Shown here piece after piece: positions 48,780-61,624 of a stretch of 64,000 nt of DNA (position 1 is its first letter; the number at the start of each line of letters is the position of its first letter). The stretch is taken from assembly GCF_000315625.1 (NCBI RefSeq), contig NW_005434546.1, positions 125,837 through 189,836 on the forward strand. The letters are read 5' to 3'. A program made the translations under genes and the position numbers. Source of the DNA: Guillardia theta CCMP2712. Its lineage: Eukaryota > Protista > Cryptophyta. The notes beneath the pieces are model-generated. The model searched no databases, was not told where the DNA came from, and saw only the letters and a program-made list of their open reading frames with translations.

Positions 48780-50720
48780 TTCGAGGTGGAGGGCAGAAAG
48801 GGGGTGGGTATCTTTTGGGGTACTCAAAACATGGGACACGATCTAGCAACGATCCGAGTCCGTCACGCGGGCGGTCCGGAGTCCGGCCCGGCCCGGCCCC
48901 CCGGGGCCGGGGCCCAGTCCGATCCGTCACTGCTGAGTCGTCGGACTCCGCCTGCTACTACTAGTGACACTGTCAGCTGTTCACTGAACGGTTGTAGCCG
49001 CAGGCTTGAATTTCGAATCATGAGCCTCAGTCAACCGGCGTTGAATCGCTGGGCCGCCGCGGAACTTCGGAGGCTCGGAATGCCGGGCCGCGGGCTAGGG
49101 CTTATGAAGGCTGGCACTCATCAGTGCTTATCAGGCTTATCATAGTATCGGGAAGCGGCTCCCAGTAAGTCTCTATCTCTCTTCATTGTCCCTGATCTGT
49201 ACTACGGTACGGTCCGATCAGTGTCACGGTGCTGCAGCATCCCGACCGCCGGCCGCGTCCCGGAGCCTCGCCGGTTCACTTGCCGCACTGCGCAGTCTCA
49301 TCGTATCCGAAGTTGATCGGACTGTGACTTGGAACTCTGAGTGACATTCCGGGCCGAGTCACCGGGGGCGCGGCTCCAAGGCTTGTTCGGCGCCGGGCGG
49401 CACTGTCAATGTACCGTCCGCCGGTGTGACTCGCCACGGCCGTCAAGAGGATGCAAGTTCCTCCTGTAAACCAACTTTCACGACTAACTGGCAGGCTTAA
49501 CCGTGACGTGTCCTGGCACCCGGTTGAACCCGGTTCGATACCAGACTATGTTGTATACATCATTGTGATACACAACACAGAGAGTGACGAACTTCGGACT
49601 TGAAGAGCCTGCAATCATTGCAGATCGGACTCCGGCGATCATCAGTGCAGCCGGACCGTCGCATCATCGACCGGTCGGAGGAGCCCGTCACGGCCAGTGG
49701 TGTTGACGGGGCACCCTCAATTCCCAGTGGTTTTGTGTGCATTAAACTCGGTCTTGCAAGTTGGTAGCCTAGAATACACGGGCAGTCTACGGACCGTCGC
49801 CGGTCTCGCCGGGCCACTGAGTCTGGTTTCCGAGCGGCGCACGGTGCCACGGTATGCATTAACTTGTCCGTCTTGTTGCAGCTGAAGCCTGCCGCGATAT
49901 CATCGAGCGGCGGCCGCAGTGAGCCTTTACTGACCGCCGGTGCAGTCGGCCGGGGACCGGGCGGTGACGGTGACGGCGGCCGCAGTGACCGTGACGGAAG
50001 GCTGCCGCTCACTGAGTCATGCGGCCGCCGCTCAGTGCCAGTTTGAAGGTGGGCCACGGCGAGCCCGGGCCGGTGGGTCCGATCCCGGTCAGTCAACCGT
50101 GCCCCATGCCTCAGCCGTGAGTCGGAGCCGCGCCCGGCCGGGCCGGCCCGTGCACTGTAGTGGCCCGGGCCCGGCCCCCCGGCGCAGTGCCACCGTACTA
50201 TGATTAATCCGATTCTTTACTTAATAAATATAATACTTCATGTGAACTTTAAAACACTAAAACTGATACCGTACCCGGTACTACCGTAGAACTTGCAGAA
50301 TCGGAGTACGGTTACATTACAAGTTATTGGAACGAGTTTGTACCAGGCCGGAATAGCCGGGTAGTACAAGAGGTGTAGTAGAGGTTGAGTGTACCGTACC
50401 GGTCTCTGGTTAAAAATGATTTTGCTCCGACCGGCGTGGCAGCCGTTACGGTAGTACGACAGAGAGCCTGACAGCAACTCCTCGGCGGAACGGAATATGA
50501 ACTTGAGTTCGAGGGGGTGGGTAGTCAGAGGCACCCAGGGGTACTCAAACATACTATCAGAGGGCTGCTGGAAGGGGAAGACGGGTTTGGGGTTGGAGTG
50601 GATATGGGGTGGGGTGATTAGCAATCTCTGCCAAATCATCCATCCCCTAGTACTTCATGAACCCACCCCCTGTTTGTAACACCTGTCTTTTGAAAGACTA
50701 CCTGGGGTCCTGCACCCACC
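48780..50720. promoter_or_regulatory. Large GC-rich palindromic island flanked by GGGGTACTCA motifs at a divergent junction
   Basis: Dense CCGG/GGCC palindromes; GGGGTACTCA at 48817 and 50538; lies between AGXT (-) and the PDZ gene (+). Confidence 0.5.
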
Positions 50721-51007
50721 CCCCCAGACTCACCAGCCGTCAGAGCCATGCGCGGGCTGCTGAATTTGCTTCCGAGCATGACGGAGAGCTTAGGGAAGCG
50801 AGTGAGGGAAGATGCGAGGATAGAAGGCGAGATGAGTGCGTTTAAAACATTTCAATCTAGTGGTGATTACGACTAGTTTCAGTGGTACGACTAGAGATCT
50901 GACAAATATATTACAAGAGCGCTGCTGTGAAGATTTTTCATACTTTTTTCACTCTTGTTAGATTTGGAAGAAGAACTTCCAGATTTTAACCATTCATTGG
51001 TGTCAAC

Positions 51008-53953
51008 ATGGATTTGACGATTGCAACTGCAGGAATAAGTGACTGCTGAATCATCATGCACAGAATCAATGCAGGTTTTTTGCATTTTTTTTCTTTCGAC
51101 GAAGCGAAGCATCTGAGCCATGATTTGTTAGGATCTGGCACTCTTGTGTCCGGAGTAGGCATTGCATTCTTACAGGATGTTCAAGGTGAAAGACAAACAT
51201 ATGTCCATCGTATCTACAAAGGTGGGAGTGCTGAGCAAGACGGCAAAGTTCAAGTGGGAGATGTTCTAGAGAAAGTGGAGCACCTTCCGGTCCATGGCAA
51301 GCCTTTGTCTGAAATCAAGCACATCATGCTGGGAGAAGTCGGAACTTACGTGAATCTTCTCTTTAGAAGAACAAATCCAGACGGCTCTATTGTCCAATAC
51401 GATGTTTCCTTGATGAGAGGACAGACAGAGTCATTCCTTTTGAAAGAGAAACAAAGACTTCAATCTTTGCTCGATAGTGACAGGAAGCAGATGCAACATG
51501 CCGAAATTGAAATCGAAGCTTTGAGAGGAGCGTTGTACAGGGCAGATATGCACAAGAATCAAGACTTCGATGAGAAACAGCATCTCACAATGGCTATCAA
51601 AGAAAAGAGCCTCAAGATTGAAGAGTTGCAAGCTTTGATCATCAGCATTCAACAAGAAATTGACAATATGTCAAAAGATCTAGGTGAAGATCAATCGTTG
51701 TGAATCATCCAAACTGATGAGGAATATTTAGTTGACAGCTCCGACATCAAAGAAGAAATGCAAAATCTTACGAAAATGCTAGCGGATGCTGAATCTCACA
51801 TCATCGCTGCCAAAGAGGTGGATCAGAGATTGAAATTCATTCTATCTTACAAGTCTGCGCAGTCCCTTGAAAAAGATCAGCTCTTGACCCAAGAATTGCA
51901 AGACAAATGGAAAAACGAGAAACTTGCTCGTACCAACTGTGAGACAAGGATTGCCAAATTACAGGTAGATTGATTTGATATCATGACAAGAGGATAAAAC
52001 TCAAGACATACGACAGATGGAGTTTCCTGCGCGAGAGGAGCAGGAGAGAAGCTATCGGATGCATCAAGAGCAATTGAAAGCTAAACTCGAACAAGTATGA
52101 CATACCATTCTCATGCTGTACTGACTCATTCAAACAGTCCCGAAGCAAAGCCATGGAAGAAATGAATGATGCTTTGGTAACATTATTCGTTGTGCAAATC
52201 GGTTTTGATTCTTTTGATACAGAGGCGCAAAGAAGAGGAGCTGCGAAAGCTGAGAGAGGCGGAAAAAGCTGAGGCAGAGAGTGAAGAGCAGTTTGCACAA
52301 GTTTCGGCAAACAATCAAGAGATTCAGGTTGACTCATCATGAGAATTTCAGCACACTAATTCAAGAAGGGACGTGTGAGAGAGACAGAAAAATCTTTGCG
52401 AGCAGCTGAAAACGCCAGATTGGATGCTGTGAACAGGTACAAGCGGGCTTGTGATGTATCTTTATTCCTCATGGGATACACGCGAAATCAGGAATGAAGT
52501 TCTTATGGCTGAGCTTTCTCGAATTCGGAATCAGCTCCAGATGCGAGAGCAAGTCATCAATGATCTTCAAGCGAAGATTGAAGAGGACTTCGACAAATGG
52601 CAGATTTCTTTGACCTCTGCAAAACACGGGAGGAAACAGGTTTATATCTAATTTACAGTAATTCTGCGGTGGGACTCTAATATCTGAAAGGATGAAATGT
52701 CTTTCTTGGATGCTGAAAGAGGGCTCAATGAAGAAATCAGGAAAGTCCAACAAAATAGGTATTGAGGGTCCCTTCTGTTCCCTAGTACCATTTACATGTT
52801 TACAGGGCTGACCTGGAAGATTCTATGATGGAGATTTTGAGAAATTTGGAAAAGAGACAGATCGAGCTGGAGAGGGCACATCAGGTTTATCAGTCAAATT
52901 CATCCACAAGGTGTTGCACTTAATTCCTTGCAGGACTTGGAGAGACTCCTTGCAGAACAGAGAAACAACACTACGTCCCTTCGAGGAGATGTGCAGAACT
53001 TGACGCAGCAGCAGCAAGAGACTGAAGCAGAAATCCAGAGATGCAGGTGTGTTGGTCCATTAGTTGAAATCATTTGTTGACCACGTTTTCAACAGGAATG
53101 AGATTCAACGGATTGAAGCAGCTTGCAAAGTCTGCATCCAAGAAACTGGATTGTGTGAACAGCGGAGGTAAATGGGGGCGCACATGCATTGAAGGAGGTT
53201 GGTTCTGACAAAACCCCAGGAGCCATTTGAGTTCTGAGTATGATATGCTCATGCGAAAGGAGCGCCTTCGTATCGAATACATGGAGCAAACCCAGGCTCT
53301 CAATAAGCAAGCGGTAAAATTGCCCCTTCCTCATTTTTCTGTTCACTAGAACCATTTTAGATGGAAGAAATCGAGAAAGCTCTACTCGAAGTTGAGGAAA
53401 GCAAGAAAACAATTCTGAAGGACAAGGAAAAGATTCAGGCCGAGATCGATAAATGCGCTGGCGCCATTCGGAAATTCCTTGAGGCCGACAGAGACCGAAA
53501 GCAGCAAATGAATGATTTTCAGAACAAGAGAAAAATTATTCTTGATGGAATGAATTCCATGCTCTCCAATCAGGTATTCTGCAAGAGTTTCTCAGTTTCC
53601 CAGGAATAAAAATTTGCAGGAGGATCTTAAGAAGATCATCGAAGAAGTGCGACAGCCTGTATCGAGAGTCCTGTCTTACTACAATCGAAGCTACGCCTCA
53701 GTTGCTCCAGCTTCTGCGTACAAGAGTTTCGAGATCTCAGACAAATCGTTCGAGAAGTCAAGCTATTCTACGTCCTACTACTCGTCAGAGGGCTCCTTTC
53801 CCAAGTACAGGTTGTTTAAGCTCTGGGATATCTTGAACCAATACTGAAATTCGTAATAGCAATCGGAGCTACATTTACTCGAGTGTTCCTTCCTATAATT
53901 ACCAAGTGGCAGGATCAACGCATCATTTCACTTCCAACGATGCTTTGGCATAA
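51008..53953 (+). CDS. PDZ-domain + long coiled-coil protein (multi-exon)
   Basis: GVGIAFLQDVQGERQTYVHRIYKGGSAEQDGKVQVGDVLEKVEHLPVHGKPLSEIKHIMLGEVGTYVNLLFRR, then heptad exons; Ser/Tyr-rich end, stop TAA 53951-53953. Confidence 0.85.
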
Positions 53954-54133
53954 ACGAGCAGACGAGACATACCATATAGGCATGATGAAACTCGAAAGAA
54001 GAGACTGCTATGCCCGAATCCACAACCTGGCAGAGCACTTTCCGATTCGAAAATGTGATCAAAATTTGATTTTAGATGGAATGTGTAAGTGGTTTTGTTA
54101 GTTGTTTACCCATTGAAAACAAATATCAGACAG

Positions 54134-55899
54134 CTAGACCAATTCTCTTTGTGACCGGAGCGACAAACGATCGGTTGATATTTCCTGCACAATGTTTAGC
54201 TTTCTGAGCAGGGTCATTCGGGACTTTCTAACCTAGCACCCGGGGTATGAAACGAAAGACTAGAGGGAGGAAACACTTCTCAAACAGAAATTTGGCCGCC
54301 TGATAGTAGAGATATTGAGCTGGAACCAAGTGCTCCATGGCCATCATCTCACCTGAATGAAAAAGACAAATAGAATGTGCGGTTTCCGTCTGAAATTCTG
54401 TCAATTTACGGTGAACGTATGATGTAGTACTGACCTCATCTCTTGCACGAAACGCTGAGGAAGCCTTCCATCAAGGGAAGGAGCGGAGGGACTCAAAATT
54501 TCAACAGAATGAAGGGTTGCAGCCCAAACCTGTTGAGACAGGTCAACGAAATCGAGCAAAGAAACTGAAGGCAACCGGTCCAAGTTTCTTGAGAACATGC
54601 TGTGGTTGAGGTCTGTAAGCAGGGTTTTTTGCCAACATTGGCTGGAGTAGCTTCACAATCCATTCGTTTTTCTGAAATACGTTCAGTATTTTTGAGAGCT
54701 GCCAGTAGCAAACCTTGTCAAGTAGGACAGTTACTTGTCTGCTGAGTTCGTCATTCGAGGTGGAGATTTTGTTGATACACCATTGCTCAAAGTTATAGTC
54801 AACTTCAGGAAGCTCTTCTTCCATCATCTACCATGAAACATAAGCCATGAAAGGATCCCACAGCCACCAGCCAACCTTTCTTAGCTGAGTCGTGCTTTTG
54901 CTGAAAGCAGGAATAAGTGCCCGTAGAGCAGTCACTGCGACGCAGAAGACATCAAAACTCCAAGGATATTTCCTGCTCTCAAATCAACTTTCGTGGCAGT
55001 TGAATTGGCTAGTCACTACCTGTTGAGCTTCAACTCAGGAGGTGCATAGAGGGGATCGACGGTGTCGTCAGTCAATCCTCGTCGCAGGGTTGCACCCATG
55101 TCGCAAGCACTCCCGAGATCTAGCGGCTCATCTTAGCTTTACCAGCCAATTATTTGTATGACTTACCCAAAAGCTTCAAGGGACAGCTTCGATCAGTGGG
55201 AACTATGAAGACGTTCTCAGGTTTCACGTCCCTGTGTATGAGCCCTGCACGGTGCAACTGAACGATACTGCATAAGAGCTCTCCAAGAATCTTGACGAAG
55301 AGATGAATTCTTAGAACGTCTTCTCCTGTTGGACTTGCAGGTACATGCAGACTTTGTTCCAGATGTGAAATATCTTTTGACAGGAATTCATCCAGTGTCC
55401 TCCCTTTCTCTCTGCGGAAAATGAGCATCTGAGAACTAGAAATCTCTTTCGGCAACCCATGAATGTATGGGGGTTTGCACTTTCCAATTAGAGTAGCCCA
55501 GCGTCTTCCATGCCTAGGAGGAATGCTACTGGTTAGTTTCTCATTGAAATATAGCTCGTTTTGCAACAGTCTTTCGGCAAATTCATCTTTGAATGCGAGT
55601 TTGACCACAACTTCTTTTCCACACCTTGTTTCACCAAAGTATACGGCTCCAAAGCCTCCAGCTCTGTCCGGATTGTTCCACTTGATGCTGAGATCGGACA
55701 CAGAGAATTTCGATGTCATGACGATTGGAGAATGCCTCTGGTACTCTAGCTTGGGGCTAGCATACTGAATTTTTGGTATTGAGAAGGCACTAAGGAATGC
55801 AGGTTCATTTGATGATACTTGATGAGTACATGACATCAAGATTGGTAATATCAAAGTAAAAACAGATCGGTATACACTCACTCCCATATGCAACATCAT
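54134..55899 (-). CDS. Ser/Thr protein kinase, STN7/Stt7-like, with signal/bipartite leader
   Basis: GGFGAVYFG, VVVK, IHRDVKPEN, DLGSACDMG, DPLYAPPE, FDVF...EELPEVDYNFEQW (STN7-type DLG..D, DP.Y..PE, YD...W); hydrophobic N-terminus ending ...EPAF. Confidence 0.75.
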
Positions 55900-56305
55900 T
55901 TCTTCACCCTGAGTGGTTCAGCTCACCTCTCTCGTTATCAACACATCCAAATATCTTGAAGCAGGTAGGAGAATTCTGGTATCAGGCTCTTCGAACACTC
56001 GTTTGCTCTTTCTTTTGATGGTTTCCTTCCTGCGATCTCACAATGGGTGCGACTGCAGCCTGCGCAATGCAACTTCCCTTGTCCTCCCTCGCCACTATGC
56101 CAATAAACGGCAGATTTCCCTCACCCCCAACCCACCCCACCCCCACTGTTCCGGAATGACCTTTATAGAAAGTACCCCTACATGCTGGAAACTCCCTAAA
56201 ATAATAATAACAGAATCGGATGTTGATTGACTCTGAGGCGAATCCGCAGAATCTGCTGAAAAGGCAACACCCACTATTCAGCTAGCAAGCGATACGCAAC
56301 GCGAC

Positions 56306-58720
56306 ATGCTGCGGGAGGTGATATCTCGTTGAATGGATTCGATTCTTGATGGTTGCTTTTCCCAGTTCCTCATCGACTGGGTATGGCGAGTAGTGAGTGA
56401 CTACTACGCTCGCCTCAAAATTGGTCATCCCAGTGTGATCTTGGCAGGACACAAGGGCACAATTGTAAACAGTTCGTTTTGCTCGTCTTCCAAACTAATG
56501 TTGGAGTTAGAGAAAAGTAGCTGCATGTCCGAGTGGTAAGCTTGCAGCTTCTGCATCAGGCGACCATACTTTGAGGTATTCTTCTCATCAAATCTGTGTT
56601 GACATCGTGTTCACATGTGCGCAACCAAGGATATGGAATATTCAAGACAAAGTTTGTCAGGCTGAATGTGGCTCGGTTCCGAAGAGATTTGCTGAAGGGG
56701 AATCTGGAGATGGTCACGGGCACCTGGTGACAGCGATGAGTTTTCATTCAATGGCATGTTGACTTTATGTTGGCAGGTTACCTGCGTGTGCTTCTCCCCT
56801 TGTGGCCGACGGATTGCTTCTGTTCGTTTCTTCGTCGAGGGTTAAACAATCTTAAGTTCCTGCAGGCTTCCTTCGACAAGACAGTAAGAATCTGGGATAC
56901 TCAAGGAAAGCCTATTGCAGTTCTGCACGGACACACACAGGTGAGTTCAATCGTCTGACAGTGAAGGAGACAAATTTCTGTCATGCTGCTGATTGAGTTA
57001 ATAGGTGATACATTGCTGTGATTGGTCCCCTTCTGGAAATCAAATCATTAGCGCTGGTCAAACTCGACAATTTCTCTGCAAGATTTGATTTGACCTTTGT
57101 GGAATAGGTGCAGATTTTGATATCAGGGTGTGGGAGCTTGAGGGAGATATGTGGGAGACAGTTGAACCTAAGGATGGCAGCTGTGTCGAAGTAGCTCAAT
57201 TCACTCAAGTGCTATGTGACACTTTTCTTTTTTAAGTTCGCCTTCTCACTTGGAGTCCTTGACGGGGTTGACAAGCATACTGAAGGTAGTTCGGTCATTT
57301 TGCCTCAAGGAAGTGGCTGACGGTGAAGCAATAGCTGAAGATCTCGATAAAGTGTTTGTTCGCATGACCAAGCGAACTCGTAAGGTGATATGTTCATTTT
57401 CAATATTCCAATTCGTTTTTCTGTGTAAAGAAAGCAGAAACTGTTTGATGGTGTTAACCATGATTATGTCAGGCTCTTCCCCACCTCAAGTGTCGTTCGC
57501 GAGTCATGAAGGGGCACAGCGGGAGGTGAAGGAACTAGAACTGTGTGCTTGTATGCTTCTCATCGTGTATCAGCGTCCTTTCATGTGCATTTGAGCCAAA
57601 GACTGGTATTTTAGTTTCCTTCGAGTTGCTTGCTTGTGACGTCAGTGTGAAGGGGAGCATGCTATCTCTACAAGCTATAATGGAGAGATCAAACTCTGGA
57701 AGATTGGCCGTCACAACGGGACAGCAGTTGAAGAATTATTGAGATCCTCAAAATTGATCGCTTCGCCTGTGATTTGTTGTGCATGGAAGCCTGATGTATC
57801 ATTAGAGTTGTTTGACGAATTTTCCTGATGCTTTGCACATTCAGTCATCTATGATTGCAGCAGGAACCGAAGCTGCAGTCTGCTTTCTGCTTCAAGCAAC
57901 AGACCTGAATGTTCTCTGGTGATGTATTGTTGAGTGCGATACAAGCTGATGGAGAAACAGGAGAGTTGATGTCGGAACGGCATACGTTACTGAGGTTGCA
58001 TTCATGAATTTTGTAGACAAGGAAGAGAAGCAAGAGTAAGTAGTTGTTTCATGCTACTGTACCTCACTGATGCAAGGTGTCTGGTTGCCGCTGCTGGAGA
58101 TTCTTCACCTCTTTGCTGGAAACTTCAATCTGGTTTTTTTTATTTTATGGGCATGGACGTTGTTCAATTTGCATGGTTTGCAGGAGAACGACGCTCGGTG
58201 GCAGGCAAGTGTTTAAAGAACATGGTGTGCTTTGCGAAGATCGATTGTCAGAGAATCATTTGTGGTTGCATCGGGAACAATTTACAGGTACTGCACTCCC
58301 TCGTGCCAACACTTGTTGCGGATAAAGTGTTTTCTAATTGTGATGTAACCTTGTTCTCTCTTTCTAACCGACAGAGTCCTAAGGATTTTTTATTTTTTTT
58401 GACATTGCTCGCAGATACTTTCGATATGATCATTGGTTTTTTCCGTTTTTCGTTTTGCAATTTTTTGTGTAATTGTATTTCTTACCTGTTGGTCATTTGG
58501 ACTACATTGGCATTGTCTTTTCTCTGATTTTTGTAGTGTGTATTTATGAAGAATTTTGATAAATCTTCCAACAACTCTTGCAACGTCACGGCTTTTGCGA
58601 CTTTGATGGTCTGGGTAGACCAACAATTCAAATCTTCTGCAAGAATGTTTGTTGTCAGCATCGGCAAATAATCCACTAAACAGCAATGCTCTGGAGCTTA
58701 GTGCCGGAAGGTATCAGTTA
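56306..58720 (+). CDS. WD40-repeat protein (many short exons)
   Basis: LAGHKGTIV, GHGHLVT, ASFDKTVRIWDTQGKPIAVLHGHTQ, SYNGEIKLWK. Confidence 0.7.
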
Positions 58721-59452
58721 AGTTTTGGGGAAAGCAGTAGGCAGGATGAGGTTTAGGGTCTAGGGTCTAGAAGCGCCGTTTATTCCAGGCATCATGGCTG
58801 CGCGCCACACGCAGAGGTTGATGGGTCGTTTGCAGTAGCTGCTCATCACGAATGGTCTGTCAATGACAACTCATCCTCGTTGCTGAACCCTCCTACAGAG
58901 ATTCTCTCCTCTCAGAGCCCGTCAGGATCCTCAGACAGGATCGCAGGATGCTGCAGCTGCTGGTCCGATGGGCAGGATGGCGCGAGCAGGGTCAAAGGTG
59001 CTTTGACTGCCCATGAAGTTCCTCCTGATCCTCCTCCTGATACAAGTTCCTCGTGATGCAAGTATGGTTATACACCAGGCCACTTCTTTACATGGTTATA
59101 CACATTGGCATGTTTGGTCATAGATCAGTGCAATTATTGCTATACACACATGTATGGTTGTAGATCATTGCAAGTATGGTTTTCAAGGCATCGTACATGT
59201 ATGGCTGTAGATCATTTGCAAGCTTCAAGTACAACTAACATACCGTAGTACAACTACTGAGTTGCTTCAACATAACTTTGAGTAAACAGCCTGCCAGTAA
59301 ACAGCCCATTCCCTCGGCTTTCCCGGCGCCGGGCCGGGCAATAATGATTGAGTAAACTAGAAAGGATAGTAGTAAAGTCCTTTGAGCGTATAAAATGAAC
59401 GTGGTGAACCCGAGTAAACTACGTGAAGTAACATATTAGGACGCAAGCACTC

Positions 59453-59806
59453 ATCCGAGAGGAGGAGCTTGCAGCACAACAAGTCGCGTCCGAGAGGAGG
59501 AGCTTGCAGCACAACAAGTCGCGTCCGAGAGGAGGAGCTTGCAGTACAACAAGTCGCATCCGAGAGGAGGAGCTTGCAGCAGCACAACAAGTCGCGTCCG
59601 AGAGGAGGAGCTTGCAGCACAACAAGTCGCGTCCGAGAGGAGGAGCTTGCTGTACAACAAGTCGCGTCCGAGAGGAGGAGCTTGCAGTAGCACAACAAGT
59701 CGCGTCCGAGAGGAGGAGCTTGCAGCACAACAAGTCGCGTCCGAGAGGAGGAGCTTGCAGCAGCACAACAAGTCGCGTCCGAGAGGAGGAGCTTGCAGCA
59801 CAACAA
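59453..59806 (+). repeat. ~10-copy 35/38-bp minisatellite (CACAACAAGTCGCGTCCGAGAGGAGGAGCTTGCAG[CAG])
   Basis: Nine full units plus two partial units; no spacers. Confidence 0.95.
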
Positions 59807-60957
59807 TTCGCAGCTGGCCAAGACAAGACATCTCCACGATAGTTCTCGATTCCTTCACGAAGGGTGCAGTCAAATTCGCGATCCCAGGGAAACCAGTTCC
59901 TCCACCGTTCAGCATCGCTCAAGTACGTTTGATGCCCGAGAATCAGCATGCTCCTGTCGAAGCGCTCTCTAGCGGAATCCCTCTCCCCCAACATCACAGC
60001 CTTCTGCCCTCACTGCAGCAAAACAGCCAGCACGCAGAGCACCCTTGCTTCCCTGGAGTAGACGAGAGAAGCAGCAGGACGATCCATATCCCGGAGGTTG
60101 ACAGCGAATTGCAGATCGGAAAGAGCCTGTCACTCTTGGCTAAGCGAAGTCAGCAGGTAGTGATCGTGCTGCCCCCGGACTGCATGATGCAGCTCGACTC
60201 GATTGTGATTTTTTCGGGGCCATCTACCCTGTGCGACATGGTGGGCACCTCAGATGCAGTGCCAAGGGAGGGGGACAGCGAGAGGGAGGTCCGGAGCTTT
60301 CCGCCAAGCATGGCACGAAGTGTGACCACGTGTAAGGGATCGAAGTGGTCAGACATGGTGTGCATGGCGCTCATCATCATTGTAATTGTAATGCTATTTG
60401 TACAAGTCATGCTGGCGAAATGAATTTTGACTTTTAAATTGGAAAGGAAAAGCAGTTGCTAGCTACCCAGCAGATAGTTACCGAATGAATTCATGAAATG
60501 TTTCGCTCCAAAAGAAGAAATGGGTAAGTCAAACACCTCAAGCCTTCACAGAGCAGCTGGCAAGGATCACGTGTCAAGGCAATGCTCTATCATAGGTGAG
60601 CAGCCGCGTGACCATCTCACCGTCGGCCCGCGGGCGGCTCAGTGGTGAAAGGTCAGCACAGATTGACATCCTGCCGCCGCCTTCCACACCGCTGCAAGCT
60701 CCTCCCTCTCCACCTCAACTCCAGCCGCCGCACCCCCCAGAGGATACACAAACAGAGCAAGCCTCGAACGATGCAAGGGGGGTTAGGGAGGAGGAGGAGC
60801 CGCACTTTCCTGCGATGGATCGAAGGGGAGTGCTGCATCAACTTCAATGGGCCACTTGGGAGGAGGAACAAGTAGTAACAGCACGTAGACACTCTCCCAA
60901 TGCAAGGAGAACAGAAAAGGTCAGAGCAATCATCATGGGTGGAGATGCACAGAAAGG

Positions 60958-61200
60958 ATAACACCCCAGGCAACGTCATCTCTCAAAATGTCAATGGATG
61001 CAGCCAATTTGTGCTGAAGCACATCCTGGGATACCTGATTGAAACCTACCAGCCAAGCGTCGTAATATTGCAGGAGGTCTTGGTAGTGGGCGGAGAAAAG
61101 AGATAGCTCTCCGAACGATGCTCAAGAAAGAATGGGGATGCTACCGAGTGTTTATGACGAAAGGTACAGGGGAAAGGAGAAAGGGTAAAAGTGATCTACA
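60958..61200 (+). pseudogene. N-terminal fragment of an apurinic-like (APE/EEP) endonuclease from a non-LTR retrotransposon
   Basis: NVISQNVNG...YQPSVVILQE are the first two APE motifs (xxxNVNG; PDxxxLQE); followed by a stop/frameshift. Confidence 0.75.
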
Positions 61201-61279
61201 CCTTTGACGCTGGCACATGCTGACCTTCTCCCCCGCCCCTCCCCCTCGCTTAGCCACTTCGCCATGTCGGAGGGGGAGC

Positions 61280-61301
61280 GGGTTTAGGGTTTAGGGTTTA
61301 G
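61280..61301 (+). repeat. Interstitial telomeric repeat (TTTAGGG)~3
   Basis: GGGTTTAGGGTTTAGGGTTTAG. Confidence 0.9.
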
Positions 61302-61624
61302 AGCGCCGGTTATTTCAGGCAGCGCCGGTTATTTCAGGCAGCGCCGGTTATTTCAGGCAGCGCCGGTTATTTCAGGCAGCGCCGGTTATTTCAGGCAGCG
61401 CCGGTTATTTCAGGCAGCGCCGGTTATTTCAGGCAGCGCCGGTTATTTCAGGCAGCGCCGGTTATTTCAGGCAGCGCCGGTTATTTCAGGCAGCGCCGGT
61501 TATTTCAGGCAGCGCCGGTTATTTCAGGCAGCGCCGGTTATTTCAGGCAGCGCCGGTTATTTCAGGCAGCGCCGGTTATTTCAGGCAGCGCCGGTTATTT
61601 CAGGCAGCGCCGGTTATTTCAGGC
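61302..61624 (+). repeat. 17 perfect tandem copies of the 19-mer AGCGCCGGTTATTTCAGGC
   Basis: 323 bp = 17 x 19; no mismatches and no spacers. Confidence 0.97.

Larger units (their letters stand above)
58750..61279. mobile_element. Degenerate retroelement-derived block starting at a telomere-like motif; contains a 35/38-bp array, a decayed minus-strand ORF and a truncated APE endonuclease
   Basis: Starts GGTTTAGGGTCTAGGGTCTAG + AGCGCCGTTTATTCCAGGC; intron-free decayed frames; APE motifs at 60960-61200. Confidence 0.6.

Noticed and set aside
59453-59806. CRISPR array, or ankyrin/protease (PLGRDLL) coding repeats
   Set aside because: No spacers; the 35/38-bp units are not multiples of 3, so the peptide motifs rotate through frames and are artefacts.
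59539-60423. 294-aa + strand ORF as a real membrane-protein gene
   Set aside because: It starts inside the minisatellite, has no recognisable domain and lies in a decayed element. It is more likely an antisense shadow, though not excluded.
61302-61624. CRISPR-like array next to a nuclease
   Set aside because: Units are contiguous and identical with no spacers, and the nuclease is a retrotransposon RLE rather than a Cas protein.
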